DNA of 64,000 nucleotides from an uncultured Gemmatimonadales bacterium (GTDB lineage Bacteria > Gemmatimonadota > Gemmatimonadetes > Gemmatimonadales > Gemmatimonadaceae), in assembly GCA_963851265.1 (NCBI GenBank), contig CAWKNZ010000002.1, positions 160,001 through 224,000 on the forward strand, written 5' to 3'. Below, piece by piece: positions 47,459 through 56,242 of the stretch. Numbering within the stretch: the first letter of the stretch is position 1; each line of letters starts with the position of its first letter. The notes below the pieces were generated by a model. The model made no database searches, was not told the origin of the DNA, and saw only the letters and a program-made list of their open reading frames with translations. The position numbers and the translations under genes are program-made.

Positions 47459-49015
47459 GTGCTCCGCCGACTCCTCGCCGCCGCCCTCCTCGCCCTCGGC
47501 GTCGCCGCCCGCCCCGCCGCCGCGCAGGCGCCCGCCGCGACCGACACCCGCCTCGTGATCGACGCCGACCTCGGCCGCGACACGATCAGCCGCCACGTGT
47601 ACGGCCAGTTCGCCGAGCACCTCGGCCGCGACATCTACGACGGCGTGTGGACGAAGGCGGGTGGCGGCCCGTGGCACCTGCGAGACGACGTGATCCAGGC
47701 GCTGCGGAAGATCGAGGTGCCCAACGTGCGCTGGCCGGGCGGCTGCTACGCCGACTACTACCACTGGCGCGACGGCGTGGGCCCCGCGGCGCGGCGCCCC
47801 AAGATGGTCAACACCGTGTGGGGCAACGCGGTCGAGGACAACAGCTTCGGCACGCACGAGTACATGGAGCTCGTCCGCCGGCTCGGCGCCGAGCCGTGGG
47901 TGGTGGGGAACGTCGGCACCGGGAGCCCGCGCGAGATGGCCGAGTGGTGGGAGTACGTCAACCACCCCGGCGGCAGCACGGTGAGCGCGGAGCGCGCCGC
48001 GAACGGCCACCCCGCGCCGTTCAACGTGCGGCGCTGGGGCGTGGGCAACGAGAGCTGGGGGTGCGGCGGCGAGATGCGGCCGGAGTTCTACGCCGACCAG
48101 TTCAAGCGGTTCGCGACCTTCCTGCGGCCGTTCAACGACTCGACGCACGTGTTCCGCATCGCGACCGGGCCCAACGTCGACGACTACAACTGGACCGACG
48201 TGGTGATGCGCGACGCCGGGCGCATGATCGACGGGCTCGACATGCACTACTACACGCTGGCCGGCACGTGGGCGCACAAGGGGTCGGCGACGCGGTTCGG
48301 CGAGCGCGAGTACTTCACGACCATGCAGCGCGCGCTGCACATGGACGAACTCGTGACGCGGCACGCGGCGGTCATGGACCGGTACGACCCGCAGAAGCGC
48401 GTGGCGCTCATCGTCGGCGAGTGGGGGATGTGGCACGACGTGGAGCCGGGCACCAACCCCGGCTTCCTCTACCAGCAGAGCACCCTGCGCGACGCGATGG
48501 TCGCGGCGGCCACGCTCGACATCTTCAACCGCCACGCCGACCGCGTGCGCGGGGCGAACATCGCGCAGATGGTGAACGTGCTGCAGGCGATGGTGCTGAC
48601 GCGCGGACCGCAGATGCTGCTCACGCCGACCTACCACGTGTTCGAGATGTACACGGTGCACCACGACGCGGTGTCGCTCCCCATCGCGGTGGGCGACGCG
48701 GGGCACTACGCGTTCGGCGGGGATTCGATCCCGGCCGTGAGCGCGTCGGCGTCGCGCGACCGGCGGGGCGTGGTGCACGTGACGATGAGCAACCTGGACC
48801 CCAACCGCGCGCGCACCGTGAGCGCCGAACTGCGCGGGGTGCGCGTGAGCGCGGCGACCGGGCGGATCCTCACCGCGCCGACGATCGCGGGCTACAACAC
48901 GTTCGAGCAGCCCGACGCGGTGCGTCCGGCGGCGTTCACCGGCGCGCAGGTCGCCGACGGGCGGCTCACCGTGGCGCTGCCGCCGCGGTCGGTGGTCGTG
49001 CTGGAGCTGCGGTGA
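47459..49015 (+). CDS. abfA: GH51 alpha-L-arabinofuranosidase
   Basis: YGQFAEHLG..IY.G, RWPGGC.AD.YHW.DG, GNE.WGCGG, EWG.W, ANIAQMVNVLQ; signal peptide. Confidence 0.95.
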   Translation: MLRRLLAAALLALGVAARPAAAQAPAATDTRLVIDADLGRDTISRHVYGQFAEHLGRDIYDGVWTKAGGGPWHLRDDVIQALRKIEVPNVRWPGGCYADYYHWRDGVGPAARRPKMVNTVWGNAVEDNSFGTHEYMELVRRLGAEPWVVGNVGTGSPREMAEWWEYVNHPGGSTVSAERAANGHPAPFNVRRWGVGNESWGCGGEMRPEFYADQFKRFATFLRPFNDSTHVFRIATGPNVDDYNWTDVVMRDAGRMIDGLDMHYYTLAGTWAHKGSATRFGEREYFTTMQRALHMDELVTRHAAVMDRYDPQKRVALIVGEWGMWHDVEPGTNPGFLYQQSTLRDAMVAAATLDIFNRHADRVRGANIAQMVNVLQAMVLTRGPQMLLTPTYHVFEMYTVHHDAVSLPIAVGDAGHYAFGGDSIPAVSASASRDRRGVVHVTMSNLDPNRARTVSAELRGVRVSAATGRILTAPTIAGYNTFEQPDAVRPAAFTGAQVADGRLTVALPPRSVVVLELR

Positions 49016-49053
49016 CGCGCGGCACCCGTTAGACGCACGCGGCGCGCGCCGGC

Positions 49054-50031
49054 GTGACGCTCGACGCGGTGGCGAGGCGGGCCGGCGTCTCGACGGCGAC
49101 GGCCTCGCGCGTGCTCAACGGCGCGGGCGGCGTCCGGCCGGGCACGCGCGAGGCCGTGCTGCGCGCGGCCGAGGCGCTCAATTACACGCCCAACCTCAAC
49201 GCGCGCGCCCTCGCCGGGGCGCAGCCGCGCACGCTCGGCGTGGTGGTGTCCAACATCGCCAACCCGTTCTTCCTGGACATCTTCCGCGGCGTCGAGGCCG
49301 GCGCGCGCGCGCGCGGCTACGACGTGATCGTCGCGAACACGGACTACGAGCCCGACCGGCTCGCGTCGAGCGTCGCCGCGATGCTCGGCCGCCGCGTGGC
49401 GGGACTCGCGCTCGTCGTCTCCGAGACGGTCCCGCCGGTGGTCGGCGCGCTCGCCGCCAAGGGCAGCCCGGTGGTGCTCTACGACGGCGGGTCACACCGC
49501 ATGCGCGGCGTGCCCAACATCCGCGCCGACTACCGTGGCGGCATGGCGCGCATCGTCGAATACCTGCACGGGCTGGGGCACCGGCGCATGGCGTTCATCG
49601 GGCACCATTCGCGCCTGGGGCCGCTGCACGACCGCCGGCGGGCGTTCGTGGCCGCGGCCGCGGAGTACGCGCCGCGCGTGCGCGTGATGACGGTCGACAG
49701 CACGGACGGGATGGCCGGCGGGCGCGACGGCATCCGGCACGTGCTCGACGTGGGCTTCCGGCCGACGGCGGTGGCGTGCGTCAACGACCTCATGGCGTTG
49801 GGCGTGCTGCACGAGCTGCACGCGAGGCGGATCGCGGTGCCCGGCGAGGTGGCGGTGACGGGGTTCGACAACATCGCGCTCGCGGAGTTCGCGTATCCGC
49901 CGTTGACGACGGCGGACGTGCCGCGAGGGGTGATCGGCGAGTTGATCTGCGACGCGCTGCTGGACGGCGAGGGCGGAGAGGTGGTGGTCGAGACGCCGCT
50001 GGTGGTGAGGGAGTCGACGCGTCCGTCGTAG
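49054..50031 (+). CDS. LacI-family transcriptional regulator
   Basis: TLDAVARRAGVSTATASRVLN; NPFF; NDLMALG; GFDN; PPLTT. Confidence 0.93.
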   Translation: MTLDAVARRAGVSTATASRVLNGAGGVRPGTREAVLRAAEALNYTPNLNARALAGAQPRTLGVVVSNIANPFFLDIFRGVEAGARARGYDVIVANTDYEPDRLASSVAAMLGRRVAGLALVVSETVPPVVGALAAKGSPVVLYDGGSHRMRGVPNIRADYRGGMARIVEYLHGLGHRRMAFIGHHSRLGPLHDRRRAFVAAAAEYAPRVRVMTVDSTDGMAGGRDGIRHVLDVGFRPTAVACVNDLMALGVLHELHARRIAVPGEVAVTGFDNIALAEFAYPPLTTADVPRGVIGELICDALLDGEGGEVVVETPLVVRESTRPS

Positions 50032-50052
50032 CGTTCGCCGCGCCGCGGCCCT

Positions 50053-50571
50053 TTACCGCAACAGCCCTTCTGCACACGCCTCCCGTACCGCGACCACCGT
50101 CGCCCGGGGAGGGAGCTGCGCCCCGATGGCGTTCGTCGTGAACGCCGAGACGATCCCGCTCAGCGTGTCCCGCCCCGCGGGCGAGGCGAGCAGACGGTAC
50201 CCGCCGCCGCCCGTGGACCAGATCACGCTCACCGCCTGCCGGCCGTCGGCCGTCCAGGCAGACGGGAAGACCGGCGACGACGAGGAGGACTCGCGGGCGA
50301 GGTTGGGTCGCACCGGGTAGATCGGCGTCCCGCTGGTGCTATCGGGCTCGCCCACGAGGCGGATGTGCAGCGGCAGGCCCGCCGGGAACCCTCCTCCGCC
50401 GAACGGCCCGCGCGACCAGCGGCCGAGCGTGAGCGCGTAGCAGCCCGCGAGACGGCCGATCGCGCCGCGCGACACCGCACCGCCCGACGGCAGCCCCACC
50501 GTCCGCCCCGCGCATGCGCCGGCCGCCGCGCCGGCGCCCGCGCACGCGACCGCCAGGAGCGCTGCCTCCAT
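50053..50571 (-). CDS. Hypothetical lipoprotein
   Basis: Ala-rich leader with AAGAC lipobox; fills the gap after sua5; no family recognised. Confidence 0.6.
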   Translation of the reverse strand: MEAALLAVACAGAGAAAGACAGRTVGLPSGGAVSRGAIGRLAGCYALTLGRWSRGPFGGGGFPAGLPLHIRLVGEPDSTSGTPIYPVRPNLARESSSSSPVFPSAWTADGRQAVSVIWSTGGGGYRLLASPAGRDTLSGIVSAFTTNAIGAQLPPRATVVAVREACAEGLLR

Positions 50572-50579
50572 GCGGGCCC

Positions 50580-51638
50580 TCACGCCGCCGCCCGCGCGAT
50601 TCGGTCGCGCACCCCCGCCCACGCCGGCGTGTCGGGCGGGCGCTCGACCAGCGCCACGTCGCAGCCCGCGGCGTCGAGCGCGTGGAGCGCCGCGTAGAGC
50701 CGGCTCGCGTAGCCCGCCGGGTCCGCGGGGAGCACGTCGACGAGGTCGGGCGGGGCGCCCGACGCGTCACTCCACGGCGCGAGCAGCAGTGCGCCCGCGC
50801 GCGCGCCCGGGTGGCCGGGCCGCCACGCGGCGAGCCGTGCGGCCGCGTCGCGCCGCCGCCCCTGGTCGAACGCCCAGACCGCCGCGCGCGGCGCGTAGTG
50901 GCGCGCGACCATCCCCGGCGCGAGGCGGGGCGCGTCGGGCGCCGCGTCGTCGGCGGCCGGCGCCGGCGCGAGCGTGGTGCCTAACGCAGCCTCCAGGCGC
51001 GCGGGGTCGAGCGTGCCCGGCCGCAGCAGGCGCGGCGGCCCGTCGCCGCGCGCGACGCCGGTGAGGTCGACCACCGTGCTCTCGATGCCCACCGCCGTCG
51101 GGCCGCCGTCGAGCACGAGGTCGACGCGCGAGCCGAGCGCGCGGACGACGTGCGCGGCGGTGGTCGGCGACAGCTCCGTGTAGCGGTTGGCGCTCGGCGC
51201 CGCCACCGGGACGCCGGCGGCGCGCACGAGCGCGAGCGCCACCGGGTGCGCCGGCACGCGCACGGCGACCGCCGGGAGGCCGGCGGTGAGGGCGTCGGGC
51301 ACGTGGGCGCGCTTGGGCAGCACGAGCGTGAGGGGGCCGGGCCAGAACGCGGCGGCGAGGCGGTCGGCGGCGTCGGGCCAGCGGGTGACCAGGGCGCGGG
51401 CGTCGGCCGCGTCGGCGACGTGGGCGATCACCGGGTTGAAGCTCGGGCGCCCCTTGGCGGCGAAGATCCCGCGCACCGCGTCGGCGTCGAGCGCGTTGGC
51501 GCCGAGTCCGTAGACGGTCTCGGTGGGGAAGGCGACGAGCCGGCCGGCACGGAGGAGGGCCGCGGCGCGCGCCAGGGCGGCGGTCGCGGCGGGCGCGTCG
51601 AGGGCGGTGGGATCGACGGCGAGGACGGGCGGCGACAT
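50580..51638 (-). CDS. sua5: L-threonylcarbamoyladenylate synthase (Sua5-type TsaC)
   Basis: VAFPTETVYGLGA, KGRPS.NP.I.H, FWPGPLT, APSAN, GIESTVVD, PGM...HYAP plus SUA5 C-domain. Confidence 0.95.
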   Translation of the reverse strand: MSPPVLAVDPTALDAPAATAALARAAALLRAGRLVAFPTETVYGLGANALDADAVRGIFAAKGRPSFNPVIAHVADAADARALVTRWPDAADRLAAAFWPGPLTLVLPKRAHVPDALTAGLPAVAVRVPAHPVALALVRAAGVPVAAPSANRYTELSPTTAAHVVRALGSRVDLVLDGGPTAVGIESTVVDLTGVARGDGPPRLLRPGTLDPARLEAALGTTLAPAPAADDAAPDAPRLAPGMVARHYAPRAAVWAFDQGRRRDAAARLAAWRPGHPGARAGALLLAPWSDASGAPPDLVDVLPADPAGYASRLYAALHALDAAGCDVALVERPPDTPAWAGVRDRIARAAA

Positions 51639-51746
51639 GGTGGGGAAGGTAGGGCGACTGCGGGGCGCGGGGCGCCTCACCCTTGACACCCGCCGGTCCC
51701 GGCGGGACGTTCCGCGCGCCGCTCCCCCGTACCCCAGGAGCAACAA

Positions 51747-54738
51747 ATGACACAGAGCTTTCTTCGTCGGCGGGCGCCGCAGGCTGCCTACGCCATCCTC
51801 ACCGCCGCGCTGCTGCCCGGGGTCGCAGCTGCGCAGACGGCCACCGGAAACGTGCGCGGGTACGTCACCGCCGCCGCCGGCGCGCCCGTCCCCGACGCGC
51901 AGGTGGTCGCGCGCGAGCTCACGACCAACGCGCGCCGCACCACGACGACCAACGCGAGCGGGTTCTACTTCCTCGGCGGCCTCAGACCGGGCCGCTACGA
52001 GATCGCGGTCCGCCGCATCGGCCTCGCGCCGCAGCTCCGGCAGGTCTCGGTCGGCATCGCCGAGACGAGCGACATCAACGTGTCGACGGCGGAGACCGCC
52101 GTGCAGCTGACGTCGGTGCAGGTGACGGCGAACGCGACCGCGACGCAGACGACGCGCACGTCCGAGGTCGGCGCGAGCATCACGCGCGACCAGGTCGCCA
52201 ACCTGCCCAACTTCGAGCGCAACATCCTCGACCTGGCCAAGCTGGTGCCGGGCGTGACGGCGACGGCCGTCAACAGCACCGACAAGACGTTCGCCGCGGG
52301 CGGGCAGCCCCCCGACGCGGTCAACGTGTACGTCGACGGCGCCTCGTACAAGAGCGACGTGCTCTCGGGCGGCACGGCGGGGCAGAACTCGAGCAAGGGC
52401 AACCCGTTCCCGCAGGGCGCGATCCAGGAGCTTCGGGTCCTCACGCAGAACTACAAGGCGGAGTACCAGAAGGCGTCGAGCGCGATCATCCTCGCCAACA
52501 CGCGCAGCGGGACCAACGAGACCACGTTCGACGGCTTCGCGAACGGCATCGGCTACGGCTACGCGGCGCGCGACGCCTACGGGGCGCAGCAGAACTTCGG
52601 CAAGCCGCAGTTCCGGCGGCTGCAGGCCGGCGGCGCGCTCGGCGGCCCGATCGTGCGCGACAAGCTGTTCTACTTCCTCGACTACGAGGGCAACTTCCGC
52701 GACGACCCGGCGTACGTGACGCTCGGCGGCGTCAAGCCGCCGGCCTCGCTCGCCTCGGTGCTCACGCCGTACATCGGGCAGTACCAGCAGTCGTTCCGCG
52801 AGCACCTCGGCGTCGCCAAGCTCACGTACGTGCAGAGCGAGAAGAGCACGATCGACGCCTCGTTCAACCTGCGCCACGACAAGGATTTCCGGGACTTCGG
52901 CGGGCCGGGGCAGGGCGCCTACTCGCGCGCGACCAACCTGCCGATCCAGGTCTACACGGGCATCCTCAACTGGAAGTACGCGGGCAACCATTACGTCAAC
53001 GAGGCGCAGTTCAGCCCCCAGCAGTACCTCTGGCAGGCGGGCGCGGTGAACCTGACGACGCCCGGGCAGATCTTCAACGGCGTGCTGGACATCGGCGGCG
53101 AGGGCGGCCTACCAGCGCTTCACGCAGAACCGGTTCTCGTTCCGCGACGACCTCACGCGCTCGGGCGTGCAGGCCGCGGGCGACCACGTCTTCAAGTTCG
53201 GCGCGAACGTCGACCTGCTCGGCTACCACGCCGACAAGGACCTCGCCCACAACCCGCTGTTCATCTACGACAACAGCAACAACTTCGCGAACCCGATCTC
53301 GGTGACGTTCGGCGGCGGCAACCCGACGATCAAGACCACCAACCAGCAGTTCGGGGCGTACGCGCAGGACGACTGGTCGGTGAGCAAGCGCCTCACGCTC
53401 AACCTCGGGCTGCGCTGGGACACCGAGACGAACCCGATCAACAACAGCTACGCCGCGCCCGCGGCGCTGGCCGACTCGCTCCGCGGCCCGCTCACCTCGA
53501 AGCTCTACGTGCTGCGCCCGAACGCGAGGAGCACCAGCACGACCACGGTCTTCGACACCGTCAACGTCGCGCAGGAACTCGGCGGCATCAACCGCTTCAT
53601 CGGCGGGGGGCGGAGCAGCCGGCCGATCTACCTCAAGGCCGTGCAGCCGCGCGTCGGCTTCTCGTACGACGCCAGCGCGCGCGGCGACAACAGCACGGTG
53701 TTCTTCGGCGGCGGCGGCATCTACTACGACCGCCAGAACTGGAACACCTTCTACGACGAGCAGTACCGCCGGCAGTACGGGCAGTACACGGTGCAGTTCA
53801 AGAACGCCTGCACGACGTCCGTCGGCTGCACCGCCTGGAACCCGCAGTACCTCTCGAACCCCGCGACGCTCCGGAACCTCGTCGGCACCACGGGCGTCCC
53901 CGAGGTGTTCCTCGTCGCCAACGACCTCAAGCCACCGCGCACGACGCAGGCGAGCTTCGGCATCCGCCAGGCGGTCGGCGCGACGCAGGTGTCGGTGTCG
54001 TACAACGGGGTCTTCGGAAGCAACATCACCAACTACGTCCGAGCCAGCGAATTCGGAGCACTCGGCCCCAATTACGCCACGGCCTTCCTCACGGACGACC
54101 GCGTCAAGACGCGCTACAACGCGCTGCAGGTGCAGATCGACCGCCCGCTGCGCGCGACCGCGCGCTTCGGCGGGAGCATCGCCTACACGCTCTCCAAGTC
54201 CGAGGAGCAGGGGAACGCGAGCGACATCTTCTGGTTCTTCGACAACCGCTACCCGACCGTCGCGGACCTGCCGTGGTACCCGGCCAACGGCGACCAGCGG
54301 CACCAGATCGTCGCCAACGGGATCGCGCGCGTGCCGGGCGGCTTCCTCCTCAGCGCGATCGTCACGCTCGGGACCGGGATCACCACCTTCGCCACCGACG
54401 CGAGCCAGGGGAGCGGGCCGTACCAGCAGCGCACGTACGTCTTCTCGCCCCCGACGCGCGCGTTCTTCGGCCTCGGCCGCGTGTTCGCGAACCAGAACCT
54501 GGACCTGCGCGGGGAGAAAGACCTGCCCCTCCGCAGCGGACAGCGCGTCGGCGTGCTCCTCGACCTCTACAACGCGTTCAACTCGGCGAACTTCGGCTGC
54601 TACAACACGTACATCGCCCCGCTGAGCGGGTCCCCGAACACCGGCTACGGCACCCCGGGATGCGCCGCCCCGGGCCGCCGCCTCCAGATCGGCCTGCGCT
54701 ACGGCTTCAACACGAACACCGCGGGCGACCCGCGGTGA
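51747..54738 (+). pseudogene. TonB-dependent receptor (carboxypeptidase-regulatory N-domain) with a frameshift near 53101-53107
   Basis: Frame of 51747 is receptor-like up to IGGEG; continuation AYQRFTQNRFSFRDDLT...YAQDDW...LNLGLRWD...GRRLQIGLRYGF is in the +1 frame; removing one G joins them. Confidence 0.85.
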
Positions 54739-56213
54739 GGCGTTGGATGGCGGCGGCGTGCCTGTTCGGGTGCGCCGCCGGGCGGGTCGCCGCCCAACCG
54801 GCGGTGGCCCAGCCGGCCGCCGCCCAGCCCACCGCCGCCCAGCCCACCGCCGAACGCGCCTTCGCCGACACCCTCGCCCGCCGCACCTTCGACTGGTTCT
54901 GGGAGACCACCGACCCCGTCCGGGGGCTCACCCCGGACCGCTGGCCCACCCGGACCTTCTCCAGCATCGCCGCCGTCGGGTTCGCCCTCACGGCCTACCC
55001 GATCGGCGTCGAGCGCGGCTGGATCTCGCGCGACTCGGCGCGCGCGCGCACCCTCACCACGCTGCGGTTCTTCTGGACCGCCCCGCAGGGCCCCGACGCG
55101 CAGGGGACTGCGGGCTACCGCGGCTTCTTCTACCACTTCCTCGACGTGCGGACCGGCCGCCGCTTCGGCCGCGTCGAGCTGTCGACCATCGACACCGCGC
55201 TGCTGTTAGGCGGCGTCCTGTTCTGCCGCGAGTACTTCGACCGCGCCGGCGACCCCGGCGAGCGCGAGATCCGCGCGCTCGCCGACTCGATCTACCGCCG
55301 CGTCGACTGGCGCTGGGCGCAGGACGCCCGCCCGCTCGTCGCGATGGGGTGGCGCCCCGACTCCGCGCGGGGCCAGAACGCGCGCGGCTTCATCACGAGC
55401 AGCTGGTTCGGCTACACCGAGGCGATGCTCCTCTACGCCCTCGCCCTCGGCTCGCCCACGCACCCGGTCGACCCCGCGGCGTGGGGCGCGTGGACCCGCA
55501 CGTACCAGTGGAACACCTTCCGCGGCCAGCGCTACGTGCAGTTCGCGCCGCTCTTCGGTCACCAGTACTCGCACGTCTGGATCGACTTCCGCGGCGTCCG
55601 CGACGCGTACATGCGCGGGCGCGCGGCGGACGACCCGGGGCTCGACTACTTCGAGAACTCGCGCCGCGCGACGCTCGCGCAGCGCGCCTACGCGACGGCC
55701 GACCCGTCGGGGTGGACGGGCTACGGGCCCGACGCGTGGGGGCTCACCGCGAGCGACGGACCGCTGGACTCCACGTTCGCCGTCGGTGGCCGCGTGCGCA
55801 CCTTCCACACGTACTGGGCCCGCGGCGCGGGCACCGACGAACTGAACGACGACGGCACGCTCGCCCCCACCGCGGTCGGCGGCAGCGTGCCGTTCGCCCC
55901 CGAGGTCGCACTCCCCACGCTCCTCGCCATGCGGCGCACGTACGGCGATCCCCTGTTCGGGCGGTACGGCTTCGTCGACGCGTTCAACCCGACGCTCCGC
56001 GACGCCGCGCTCCCCGTCCGGCAGGGCCGCGTCGTGCCCGGCGTGGGGTGGTTCGACACCGACTACCTCGGCATCGACCAGGGGCCCATCGTGGCCATGC
56101 TCGAGAACCATCGCTCGGGCCTCGTGTGGCGGCTGATGCGCAAGAGCCCGTACGTTGTGCGCGGGCTGTGTCGGGCGGGATTCACGGGCGGCTGGCTGGA
56201 GGGGAAGTGCTGA
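54735..56213 (+). CDS. Glucoamylase-family/DUF3131 protein (GH144 endo-beta-1,2-glucanase-like)
   Basis: GL.PDR, SIAAVGF.L, GFFYHF, ELSTIDTALL, GPLF-like APLFGHQYSH, WGLTA.DG, GIDQGP; GTGA overlap with the receptor stop. Confidence 0.88.
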   Translation: MRRWMAAACLFGCAAGRVAAQPAVAQPAAAQPTAAQPTAERAFADTLARRTFDWFWETTDPVRGLTPDRWPTRTFSSIAAVGFALTAYPIGVERGWISRDSARARTLTTLRFFWTAPQGPDAQGTAGYRGFFYHFLDVRTGRRFGRVELSTIDTALLLGGVLFCREYFDRAGDPGEREIRALADSIYRRVDWRWAQDARPLVAMGWRPDSARGQNARGFITSSWFGYTEAMLLYALALGSPTHPVDPAAWGAWTRTYQWNTFRGQRYVQFAPLFGHQYSHVWIDFRGVRDAYMRGRAADDPGLDYFENSRRATLAQRAYATADPSGWTGYGPDAWGLTASDGPLDSTFAVGGRVRTFHTYWARGAGTDELNDDGTLAPTAVGGSVPFAPEVALPTLLAMRRTYGDPLFGRYGFVDAFNPTLRDAALPVRQGRVVPGVGWFDTDYLGIDQGPIVAMLENHRSGLVWRLMRKSPYVVRGLCRAGFTGGWLEGKC

Positions 56214-56242
56214 GCGTCTACCCTGAGCGGACAACACATCGC

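Noticed and set aside
50580..51638. Functional link between Sua5 and the carbamoyltransferase (shared YrdC-like chemistry)
   Set aside because: They are 18 kb apart in separate units, and Sua5 is the housekeeping t6A enzyme.
51747..56213. 1488-aa receptor-glucanase fusion in the ORF track
   Set aside because: The middle is out-of-frame Arg/Pro-rich sequence. The real barrel is in the +1 frame, and the GH144-like gene has its own start and signal peptide.
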